Positions 28,860-37,573 of a stretch of DNA of 64,000 bases are shown here, piece by piece; the stretch's first letter is position 1; every line of letters starts with the position of its first letter. The stretch lies in the IMG/VR virus record IMGVR_UViG_3300028591_000082; one strand, 5' to 3'. The position numbers were made by a program, and so were the translations under genes. A model generated the notes under the pieces. It searched no databases and was not told where the DNA came from. It was given only the letters and a program-made list of their open reading frames with translations. Source of the stretch: a virus (lineage: Duplodnaviria; Caudoviricetes).

Positions 28860-29710
28860 TTATATTATCAAATAAACTAAAATTTAACGACAGTAATACA
28901 GTAACTCATAAAAAAATATTAGTTGGGACTAATACAATTAAATTTGAAAGAGATAATGGTGTTACAGAAATATTAAGAATTGATAATAATGATGATATTT
29001 ATTATAATAATAGTAAACTTTATTATGACTGTAATAATTGCGTAGGTTGTACTAAATGTAATAGTTGTACTACTTGCGATAGTTGTCATGGTTGCATTAG
29101 TGATTGTAGAAATTGTAATGTATGTTATAATAAATGTAATGGCTGTTATAATAATTGCAATGGCTGTAATGGCGGTTGTAATAATTGTCAAAATAGTTGT
29201 AATACATGTACTAGCTGTAATAGATGCACTTCTTGTACTAGTTGTACTAGCTGTAATGGTGGTTGTACCTCTGGATATGGATGTGGCAATTGCGATGATT
29301 CTTGCCAATCATGTACTGGTTGTACAAGTGTTAGAACATATTGTATGGGATGCGTAAGCGGATGTAATAGTTGCACTAGTTGTGCTGGCTGCAACAATGG
29401 TTCTTATTGTCCAAGTAGCTATACTTGTAGTGGAAGTTGTGTAAATACATGTAATGGATGTAATGATGGTTGTACTAGTGGTTGTACAACCGGTTGTACA
29501 TCATGTAATGGTTGTAATAGTAGTTGCCAGAACAGCTGTACTGGATGTCGTGGTTGCGTAAGTGCTTGTACTACAAACTGTACTGGTTGCGATAGTAGAT
29601 GTAATGGTAGTTGCAATGGTTGTACTGGATGTACTTCATGTAATAATTGTGTTAGTACTTGCAATGGATGCAATACTTCGTGTTGGGGACCATGCTGGTT
29701 AAATCATTAG
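28856..29710 (+). CDS. very Cys-rich CxxC-repeat protein, putative radical SAM substrate
   Basis: ATG at 28856 overlaps the previous TGA; about 58 aa leader then about 63 Cys in CxxC/CxxxC repeats rich in N/T/S/G. Confidence 0.9.
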   Translation: MIILSNKLKFNDSNTVTHKKILVGTNTIKFERDNGVTEILRIDNNDDIYYNNSKLYYDCNNCVGCTKCNSCTTCDSCHGCISDCRNCNVCYNKCNGCYNNCNGCNGGCNNCQNSCNTCTSCNRCTSCTSCTSCNGGCTSGYGCGNCDDSCQSCTGCTSVRTYCMGCVSGCNSCTSCAGCNNGSYCPSSYTCSGSCVNTCNGCNDGCTSGCTTGCTSCNGCNSSCQNSCTGCRGCVSACTTNCTGCDSRCNGSCNGCTGCTSCNNCVSTCNGCNTSCWGPCWLNH

Positions 29711-29756
29711 TAATATATAGACGTTATTATATGTAATTATCTAAAAAGTTAATGAT

Positions 29757-31178
29757 ATGACACTCAGAGAAATAGTAGATAATACATTAGATGATCAATA
29801 TATAATTAATGAAGGCTTTATTACTTGTCCTGCTATTTTTTATTATGCATTTTCAAAACCAATAGGGTCACTTAAGGTAAGTGCTGAAAAAATAAAAGCA
29901 AAAGCTGGTATTAAATCAGGAAAAGGCGAAAATGCTACTATATATAAGCTATCAAAAGAGCAAAAAGATTTTCTTAAAGAAATAAGAGCTAAATATGGTT
30001 CTAGTATAGAAAATCTTATAAAGACATTTAGAATAAAAATAGCGGCACCTTATCAAATAGCAAGAAGAGCATCTGCAGATTATAGCAAATCAACATCTCT
30101 TACAAGATATGGAATGACAAAAGATGAGTATATGCGTGCTTATGAAAGCGGAAGAAACAAAATTTTAAGAATGAATAAAAAAGATGAAGCTTTCAATAGT
30201 AGCAAACTTGATTTTGAAAACAAAAAAAATGCTCTTAACGAATTAAGAAAAACAATAAATAATTTTGAATCTGGTTCAAATCTTGTAATAAATTCAAATA
30301 TGATAGAAAAACTTCTCTCAACAAAAGGTCTTGACAGAGAATCATTCAACTGGTCTATGGCAGATCTTGAATCTGCATACAACAAAATAAAAAAATATAA
30401 AGAAATACTTAATAATCCAGATCCAAAAAGAGATGAAGAAGGAAATGAAGTATTCTACGATTATAGAGGTGGAAGAAGAATTCCAAGAACAAGAAAATAT
30501 ATCACAGAATATATAGAAGACATTAAAAAATATGGATATGCTGGAACAAAACTTCAAGAACGTACAAGAGAAAGAGAAGCTGCTCTAAAAAAATCTGGAA
30601 ACTGGGAAGAAGCATTTAATAGATATATGCTTAGAAAAGAAATAATTAAAGATTTCGAAAAGAATTTCTCAAGAAATGAATATATATCTGTTTATAAAAA
30701 GATTTTGCAGGACGAACTTAGAAAAGCAGAACAGAATTTTGATGAATCTAAAAATACATTTATGAATGTACTTCCAAGACATACTCTTAATGATAAAGAA
30801 AAAAAGATTTGGAAGCTTAAATCAACTGGAGTTATAAATTCTGGCGATATTAATGATTGGTATCTTGCAATAAAGCCAGAAGATTTTGGAACAAAAACAG
30901 TTAAGAAACCAAGAGAAATAGAAAGAGCAGAATATGAAATAAAAGCTGCTACAAAAAATTTTGAATCAGAACTTTCTAAAATTCTTGATGAAGAAGAAAT
31001 GGCAAAACTTAAAGAACTTAGACTTATAGATAATTTTATAAGTGTAAAAGTAAGTAAAGAAGACAATTTTGAAAAAGATGTTCTTTCTAGAAAAGAAAAG
31101 AAAGAAGGTGAAGAAGAAGAAAATAAGGACAAAAAAACAGGAGAAGAAAATGATTCTAAGCGAAACACTGATGAATAA
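29757..31178 (+). CDS. hypothetical basic helical protein, probable head internal protein
   Basis: 473 aa; MTLREIVDNTLDDQYIINEG leader; AAGTTAA at 29746-29752. Confidence 0.65.
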   Translation: MTLREIVDNTLDDQYIINEGFITCPAIFYYAFSKPIGSLKVSAEKIKAKAGIKSGKGENATIYKLSKEQKDFLKEIRAKYGSSIENLIKTFRIKIAAPYQIARRASADYSKSTSLTRYGMTKDEYMRAYESGRNKILRMNKKDEAFNSSKLDFENKKNALNELRKTINNFESGSNLVINSNMIEKLLSTKGLDRESFNWSMADLESAYNKIKKYKEILNNPDPKRDEEGNEVFYDYRGGRRIPRTRKYITEYIEDIKKYGYAGTKLQERTREREAALKKSGNWEEAFNRYMLRKEIIKDFEKNFSRNEYISVYKKILQDELRKAEQNFDESKNTFMNVLPRHTLNDKEKKIWKLKSTGVINSGDINDWYLAIKPEDFGTKTVKKPREIERAEYEIKAATKNFESELSKILDEEEMAKLKELRLIDNFISVKVSKEDNFEKDVLSRKEKKEGEEEENKDKKTGEENDSKRNTDE

Positions 31179-33033
31179 TTTTGGTGGTAATATTCTTGCA
31201 GAAGAAGGTGGTATACCACTTAGAGGAAAAACATCTGCAAAGATTATTACTCATAAAGATACAGATGGTCTTATTTCTGGTATTACAATGGTTCATGCTC
31301 TTGAAAGAAGAGGTATACCAAGAGATAGAATTACTATAAAATTTGCTCAATATGGTGATGATGATAAATCATATGAAAAATTTCTTGCAAAAAATGATAA
31401 AGAATATGTATCTGTAACAGATTTTGCAAAGTTTCCAAAAGTAAAAGTTTATGATGTATTTCAAACATTACTTGGATGGCCGAAAGATGGTATGTATAAA
31501 TTTAAATCTTTTGCAAAAAAAGATTTTAAATCAATGAAACTTGATGCGTTTAAGAAAGAATTTAGAGATGATTATTCACCAAAAGAAAATAAATTCACAG
31601 ATGATTCACTTACTTCGCTTTTTTATGGAATGAGAGTTTTACAGGACGAGCTTAAATCTGGAAAGTCTACACTTAACGGTTCATCAAATGATTTAAGAAA
31701 GCTTAAAATGGTAACAGCAAAACCAAATACAGTAGAAGATCATCATGATAATTCAAATGGTTCTCTTTCTGGTGGAGAAACTGGCGAAATAGAAATTCAT
31801 TCTCCTTCTGAAGCAAGTCACCTTGCAAACAAATATATTCCAGGTGCTTGGAGTAAAGAAGATCTTGAAGCAGTAGATATGATTGATAGTGCTGGTTATA
31901 ATCAGGAACAGCTTAGAAATGCAATCTTCCTTGAAAAGCACTTCTCTGGAAAAGACAAAAAGAAAAATCTTGCACAACTTATTACAGTTCTTGGAACGCA
32001 GATTATTAAAAAGAACCCAGAACTTGCAGCAAAGATTGTAAGAGAGTCTGGAACATCTCTTGTTTCTGTTTATACTCATATTATTAACGCACTTAAAATA
32101 GATAAAAAAGAAAAAGAACTTTATAATGCACTTAAAGATGGTAATATGGAACTTGCCAAAAAAATAGTTGCAGAAATTGGTGATGATAGACTTACAAAGA
32201 ACTGGGCTGGTGATCAGAAAAAGTTCGAGAAGATGGGAAATCTTAATGATCTTGATTCATACAGAGAGAAAAATTTAAAAGATGTAAAAAAACACATTAA
32301 AGGACAATATCTTGATGATGAAACAAGAGATAAAATAAAGGGTTCTAAAGGAATGGGAGCTGGAAATAAAACTTCCGATATAGTTTCTTATAAAAATTTC
32401 TCAATTCAGAACATTAGAGATCTTAAAGGATATCCAGATAGATTTATAAATTCTTTATTTGGTGAAAATGGATATATGAACCCTTATGGAATTAAGAAAT
32501 TTCCTAAGTTTGTTCAGGTTGCTTGTAATCCACTTTATAAAGGAAATGTAGATTTTTCTAAAGTTGCTCAAAAGGTACTTCCTGAAATTAAACAGAAGCT
32601 TTTGGATTCTGGAAAACTTAATGAAAAAGAAGTAAATAAAATTATGGATGCAATGCTTGAAGAAAATGGCGGACATAAAGCAATTTATTCTTTCCAAGGA
32701 TTTAGTCAGATTAAAGCACCATATAATATTTCTGGAAAATTCTATGGAAGTTCTGATTTCTTAAAGAGAGTTGATGCTGTAGCAAAGAGTGCAAAAGAAA
32801 AAGGAACACCTATAGATAAAGAAAAACTTGATGTAATGAAGAAAAAGGCAAAGATTACAAATAGCTGGGCTGGAAAAGAAGTAGCTGCTTATGATGAGCT
32901 CAGGAAAGAGATTTTAAATTTCACTGCAAATAGAATTGTTTATTGGACAAATGTAATGTTCCCAGTAGATAACAATGCTAGAGAAAAACTTAAAATGATA
33001 GATGATAAATTTGAAAGACCTCAAGAAAAATAA
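31150..33033 (+). CDS. DHH-family phosphoesterase with DHHA1-like GGH motif
   Basis: THKDTDG, VTDF, EDHH, NGGH; ATG at 31150 after GGAG; leader ...ILAEEG. Confidence 0.8.
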   Translation: MILSETLMNNFGGNILAEEGGIPLRGKTSAKIITHKDTDGLISGITMVHALERRGIPRDRITIKFAQYGDDDKSYEKFLAKNDKEYVSVTDFAKFPKVKVYDVFQTLLGWPKDGMYKFKSFAKKDFKSMKLDAFKKEFRDDYSPKENKFTDDSLTSLFYGMRVLQDELKSGKSTLNGSSNDLRKLKMVTAKPNTVEDHHDNSNGSLSGGETGEIEIHSPSEASHLANKYIPGAWSKEDLEAVDMIDSAGYNQEQLRNAIFLEKHFSGKDKKKNLAQLITVLGTQIIKKNPELAAKIVRESGTSLVSVYTHIINALKIDKKEKELYNALKDGNMELAKKIVAEIGDDRLTKNWAGDQKKFEKMGNLNDLDSYREKNLKDVKKHIKGQYLDDETRDKIKGSKGMGAGNKTSDIVSYKNFSIQNIRDLKGYPDRFINSLFGENGYMNPYGIKKFPKFVQVACNPLYKGNVDFSKVAQKVLPEIKQKLLDSGKLNEKEVNKIMDAMLEENGGHKAIYSFQGFSQIKAPYNISGKFYGSSDFLKRVDAVAKSAKEKGTPIDKEKLDVMKKKAKITNSWAGKEVAAYDELRKEILNFTANRIVYWTNVMFPVDNNAREKLKMIDDKFERPQEK

Positions 33034-33050
33034 TATGCAAAATACTTGAC

Positions 33051-33080
33051 AAAAAAGGGTAGCTTCGCTACCCTTTTTTT
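33051..33080 (+). terminator. rho-independent terminator
   Basis: AAAAAAGGGTAGC-ttc-GCTACCCTTTTTT. Confidence 0.85.
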
Positions 33081-33122
33081 TATTAAAAGTTAAATTTAGA
33101 AAAAGAAAAGGAGAAATTTATA

Positions 33123-34016
33123 ATGGCAGAAAAAAAGAATGAAGAAGTAGTTGAGTCAACAAAACCTGTAGCTCCTATTGATCTTTCAGCTATAAAAAAT
33201 CTTGAAACAGCAAGTGAAAGAGATGAATCTCTTAAAGGAATAAAGAAAGCAAGCGAGATGAGAAAAAAGAAGAGTAAGTTCTGCTTTATGGAAGCAAACA
33301 AAATTCCTCTTCTTTCTGGTGGAAGATATTATCTCGATGCAGAAGATGAAGATTTAAGGAATGGATATATAAAACTTTATCCAATTTCAATGACCGAAGA
33401 AGAGGTTCTTACAAATCAAGCTTATCTTAAGTCAAATTCGGCATTTAGAATTTTGTTTGAAAATTGTATGGCATCAAATTATGATGCTTCAAAGCTTTTG
33501 AGTTATGATGCATATTATCTTCTTTATGCTTTGAGAAATATTTCTTATGGTAGTGATTACAAATTTGACTGTAAGTGCGCTGACTGTGGAAAAGAATTTA
33601 AGAAAGAAATAGATATTGAAGAAGTTGATTGGGAAGAAATTCCAGAAAGCGTAAAGGATATTAATGAAATTAAACTTCCAGTTTCTAATTATACAGTAAA
33701 GATTAGACTGGCAAGACTTGCAGATGAAGAGGAAGCAACAAGACTTAAAACAACAAAGAAATATGAAGATGTTTCAGATAGAGTTGTAAGTTTAGTTGTT
33801 CAAACTTTGGAAATTAAAGATGATAATGGGGAATTGCTTAATCCTAATGACTGGGCAGATTTCTATGAGGCATTGCCTGGAAAGGATAGAGTTGAAATTT
33901 CAAAATGCTTTGAATTTGCAAATAATGTTCCAACAGCGACAATAGTATGTCCAAAGTGTGGTGCTACAAGGCAAGTACCAATTCCAATGGACAGAGACTT
34001 TTTTCGCCTTTCCTAA
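33123..34016 (+). CDS. baseplate hub assembly chaperone (T4 gp26-like)
   Basis: D..YLLYALRNISYG, CKCADC and CPKC Zn motifs, ends DFFRLS. Confidence 0.8.
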   Translation: MAEKKNEEVVESTKPVAPIDLSAIKNLETASERDESLKGIKKASEMRKKKSKFCFMEANKIPLLSGGRYYLDAEDEDLRNGYIKLYPISMTEEEVLTNQAYLKSNSAFRILFENCMASNYDASKLLSYDAYYLLYALRNISYGSDYKFDCKCADCGKEFKKEIDIEEVDWEEIPESVKDINEIKLPVSNYTVKIRLARLADEEEATRLKTTKKYEDVSDRVVSLVVQTLEIKDDNGELLNPNDWADFYEALPGKDRVEISKCFEFANNVPTATIVCPKCGATRQVPIPMDRDFFRLS

Positions 34017-34233
34017 AGGTCATATAAATGAGATAAGATGGAATGCTCTCCAACTTATCCACTATGGCTTTTCAAGGGATGAGGTATATTTTATGCCAAT
34101 AACAGAAATGCAGGATTATATAAAAATAATCAATCAAACATATGAAGAAGAAGAAGCTGAAAGAAGGAGTATAATGGCTTCTTCAAATACATCTACACAA
34201 GAAGGTATTACTTCTGGTATGATAAATATGTAA
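33958..34233 (+). CDS. gp51-like baseplate assembly protein, possibly a frameshift extension of the gp26-like gene
   Basis: LIHYGFSRDEVYFMP...YIKII motif; +1 frame overlapping a TTTTTTC site. Confidence 0.6.
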   Translation: MVLQGKYQFQWTETFFAFPKGHINEIRWNALQLIHYGFSRDEVYFMPITEMQDYIKIINQTYEEEEAERRSIMASSNTSTQEGITSGMINM

Positions 34234-34236
34234 AAC

Positions 34237-34266
34237 AAAAGCCAGTTATAAATAACTGGCTTTTTT
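34237..34266 (+). terminator. rho-independent terminator
   Basis: AAAAGCCAGTTAT-aa-ATAACTGGCTTTT. Confidence 0.8.
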
Positions 34267-34282
34267 AATTTAAGTTAATAAT

Positions 34283-35749
34283 ATGAGAACAGTCCAAACC
34301 AAGACGACGCAAAATATAGGAAATAATCAACAAAAAGTTGTTACAAAAACAGTAACATACATGAAAGTTGGTGATCTTATAGGAACAGCAAAAACAGCAT
34401 ATGATCTTGGTAAAACATTAAGAAGAAAAAAAGGAACAATAGCAAAAACTCTTAAACAATATGGTGTTGGGTATATACAAAACCTTATTACACCTCTTAT
34501 TGCATTAGTAACTGGTATGGATGCATATAAAAAGGTTATGACTATTCTCGAAAAAGTAACCCCAATAGCAAAAATAATTGCTCGTGCATCTGGTATTCTT
34601 CGTTCTTGGGGAAATGCTGGTGATATTGCTGCTATTATTCTTAGTACTGTAAGTAAAATAATTGTTCAACTTGCAACAATATTCCTTTTAAAAATGAAAG
34701 AAATGATTTGGAATTTTGAGTTTAAAATCAGAGAAATTTCAGATCAGTATATAATAGATCAAATATCTATGGCTACAAGAGATACAGTTGATAAATGTAA
34801 TGAAACTGTTACAAAAGATATGAAAGATGCTCCAGATAACATAGATAAAACTACAGAAAAGGACGAAGGAAATGTTGAAGACGGAAATGAACGTAGTGAT
34901 GCTAGTATAGTTATGTCACCTGGTGGAACTAATATTTTATATTCAGAAATAAATGAAGGAATAAAGATTTTCTTAAATGGTGATTGGAGAAGTACAAACA
35001 TTACAGATGGAAGCTTTATGCCTTGTAAGAAACCTTGGAATGGAATTCTGTTTGCTTTTAGTTATGAGGGAAGAAATGCAGATTCTAAACAATATGGAGT
35101 ACTTTATTCATTAGATGATGGAAGCACTTGGTATCCATTAAATCCAAACGATAATAATTATTATGTTTATGATGCTGCAATATTTGGAAATAATATAAAT
35201 TTCAGTCAATATACAGATGTATTAAAATTAAGAACAGATGAAGAAGGAAGTGACCAAGAAGGAAAACTTGAATACGATATAATTTCAGTTCTTGAAAATA
35301 CAACTGGCCCTAAAAAAGTTTATATACCAAAAACTGGAGAAGTTAAATATTATATTATTGGTGAAAATAATGAACTTCAAGAAGCACCAAAGTATACAAT
35401 ATCTTCAAGAACTAGTTTTATAATTAAACCACAAAGAATAATAAGCTGCACATTATCATATCAGAATGATACTTTTGAAATAGGTGCTTTTGATGATGAA
35501 AAAACATCAGATAATCAGTTGGTTGCAGATTTAATGGAACATGATATAAAATATTTTGGAGATACATCTTGTATTGATATTACAGTATTTATTTTTGAAA
35601 GTAATATAGAAGTGCAAAATGATATTTCTGCTGATTTAGGATTATTAAATATGATTGATGTTTCAGAAGATATTATTGGCGTTGAAGCAAGCGTTTATAA
35701 TTCATCTGCTGATATTTATAGTGGCGGTCATTTAATAACAACACCATAA
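34283..35749 (+). CDS. putative virion structural protein
   Basis: 488 aa in the baseplate module; Asp-box-like YSLDDGSTW. Confidence 0.6.
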   Translation: MRTVQTKTTQNIGNNQQKVVTKTVTYMKVGDLIGTAKTAYDLGKTLRRKKGTIAKTLKQYGVGYIQNLITPLIALVTGMDAYKKVMTILEKVTPIAKIIARASGILRSWGNAGDIAAIILSTVSKIIVQLATIFLLKMKEMIWNFEFKIREISDQYIIDQISMATRDTVDKCNETVTKDMKDAPDNIDKTTEKDEGNVEDGNERSDASIVMSPGGTNILYSEINEGIKIFLNGDWRSTNITDGSFMPCKKPWNGILFAFSYEGRNADSKQYGVLYSLDDGSTWYPLNPNDNNYYVYDAAIFGNNINFSQYTDVLKLRTDEEGSDQEGKLEYDIISVLENTTGPKKVYIPKTGEVKYYIIGENNELQEAPKYTISSRTSFIIKPQRIISCTLSYQNDTFEIGAFDDEKTSDNQLVADLMEHDIKYFGDTSCIDITVFIFESNIEVQNDISADLGLLNMIDVSEDIIGVEASVYNSSADIYSGGHLITTP

Positions 35750-35761
35750 GGAAACTGTTAA

Positions 35762-37573
35762 ATGGAAAGAGGAATAACTACACAAGTAACTGGGTTTGGA
35801 TATGGACAAAATAAAGGAACCTGGAAAACATACGATAATGGAAAAACTTGGGAATATATAGCAGATGAAACTTTGGAGCAGGCATCTATAGGTGGTACAA
35901 CTATATCAAAAGAGGATGATGGAATATATTGTACAAATGCAGATGGAACATCAAAAGTATTTGAGGATAATAATTATAAAGTTTTTACATTTGGTGATAG
36001 TTTTTATTTAGCAAAGACAGATAGTGACGGAAATTTAAACGGTGGTGAATTTCTTACATCAAAAGATGGAAAGATTTGGGAACTTGAAATAAATGGAAGA
36101 TTCTCAAATATTAATGATAAAAGTGGTAAATGTACTGGAAAAGATGGAATTTATGAACTTTCAAATAAAAAACATTATAACGATAAATTCATAGAAGTAG
36201 ATGATTCAATGAATGAAGAAATGTTAAATGTTTTATTCTTATATGCTATAAATTGTATATTCTTACCAGCAGTTTCATTTAAAGTTACTGGAAGCACTCT
36301 TTTTGATGAAGGAGAATATTATGATGATGATCCAAGACAGCAAAAGTTTGTTATAGATGGAGATGAAGTTTATAAATATAATGAATTTTCCAGTCTTATA
36401 GATTGGCAAGAAGATGTTGGTATGTTCTCATTTGAAGGTGTTACTTATAAAGATTTAGTAGACAATGAGAGAATTATTACTGGTGATAGAACATTTAGAT
36501 TAAATACTGATAAAAAATTAAATAAAGCAATAGCATATGTAAATGCATTTTATGCAAAAAAGAAAAATGAACTTTTAATGCTTACGGCAAATAAAATAAA
36601 AGATATAAAACCAGATGGATCATTTAGTGATACAATTGCAAATTTTGACTATGAAAATGAAACAGAGAAAGTGAATGCACTTGAAACTTATTCAGAATAT
36701 GTTCTTGGAGCAAAAGGAGCAGCCATAGAAATATATAATAAATTTCTTGAAGCAACTCATTATTTAGATGATTATAAAGCAAAAATAGTAATAAAAGCAG
36801 CTGTATATGAAACAGTTAGAGATATTGCTCCTTTAGTAAAAGGTAGAATTTATGATACATATGTAGAATCAAAAAAACTTGGAAGAAAACTAAGGGTTGA
36901 TTTCAGTGATATATCTTGGGATTATAATAAGGCATTAATGACTGTATATGTAAGATATCAAAAATATATAAATAGAAATATGGCACGTTTCTCAGAAGGT
37001 GGAGATAAAAATATAATTAAAATAGCAGCTGTAAATTATAGAACTGATATAAGAGATGTGTATCTTGATAAACTTAATAAAAAACTTTTAAATATAAGTC
37101 TTTATGATGATTTGGCAAGACATTATTCTGAAAAAATAACGGAACTTAATAATTATTTAGATGGTAATACAATAGAAGAACCATCACTTGAAACACCAGA
37201 AGACTTTAAAGATTTTTATCTTGATAGATTACTAATGAGAATAGTATACATTGTTAATGAATTTAATCCAACATTCTTTGAATATGATGCTGATTATTTG
37301 GAACTTGAAGAAGATGAAAAAAGAAGAGCTATGGAATACGCTAAAGAAATTTTTTCAATGTTTAAATTAAGAATTTGTGATTATTTCTCATTCTTAAGGA
37401 ATAAAGATTATTTAAATTTTAAAATAGACAACGCAATAAAAACAGATTTTCAGTTATGGAAATCTGGTAATAGTGAGAAAAAACCAAGCTGGGAAGAAGA
37501 ACTTAAAAGGCTTGATGTTTTAGCAAGAGATTCTATAGTTTATATATTTATATCAGAGGAGCATAGAATATAA
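35762..37573 (+). CDS. putative virion structural protein
   Basis: 603 aa; Asp-box-like TYDNGKTW and TSKDGKIW at the N-terminus. Confidence 0.6.
   Translation: MERGITTQVTGFGYGQNKGTWKTYDNGKTWEYIADETLEQASIGGTTISKEDDGIYCTNADGTSKVFEDNNYKVFTFGDSFYLAKTDSDGNLNGGEFLTSKDGKIWELEINGRFSNINDKSGKCTGKDGIYELSNKKHYNDKFIEVDDSMNEEMLNVLFLYAINCIFLPAVSFKVTGSTLFDEGEYYDDDPRQQKFVIDGDEVYKYNEFSSLIDWQEDVGMFSFEGVTYKDLVDNERIITGDRTFRLNTDKKLNKAIAYVNAFYAKKKNELLMLTANKIKDIKPDGSFSDTIANFDYENETEKVNALETYSEYVLGAKGAAIEIYNKFLEATHYLDDYKAKIVIKAAVYETVRDIAPLVKGRIYDTYVESKKLGRKLRVDFSDISWDYNKALMTVYVRYQKYINRNMARFSEGGDKNIIKIAAVNYRTDIRDVYLDKLNKKLLNISLYDDLARHYSEKITELNNYLDGNTIEEPSLETPEDFKDFYLDRLLMRIVYIVNEFNPTFFEYDADYLELEEDEKRRAMEYAKEIFSMFKLRICDYFSFLRNKDYLNFKIDNAIKTDFQLWKSGNSEKKPSWEEELKRLDVLARDSIVYIFISEEHRI

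Noticed and set aside
28973..29673. Overlapping alternative-frame and antisense ORFs (Ile/Thr-, Val- and Gln/Leu/Pro-rich)
   Set aside because: By-products of TGT/AAT/GGT/ACT codon repeats in the Cys-rich gene
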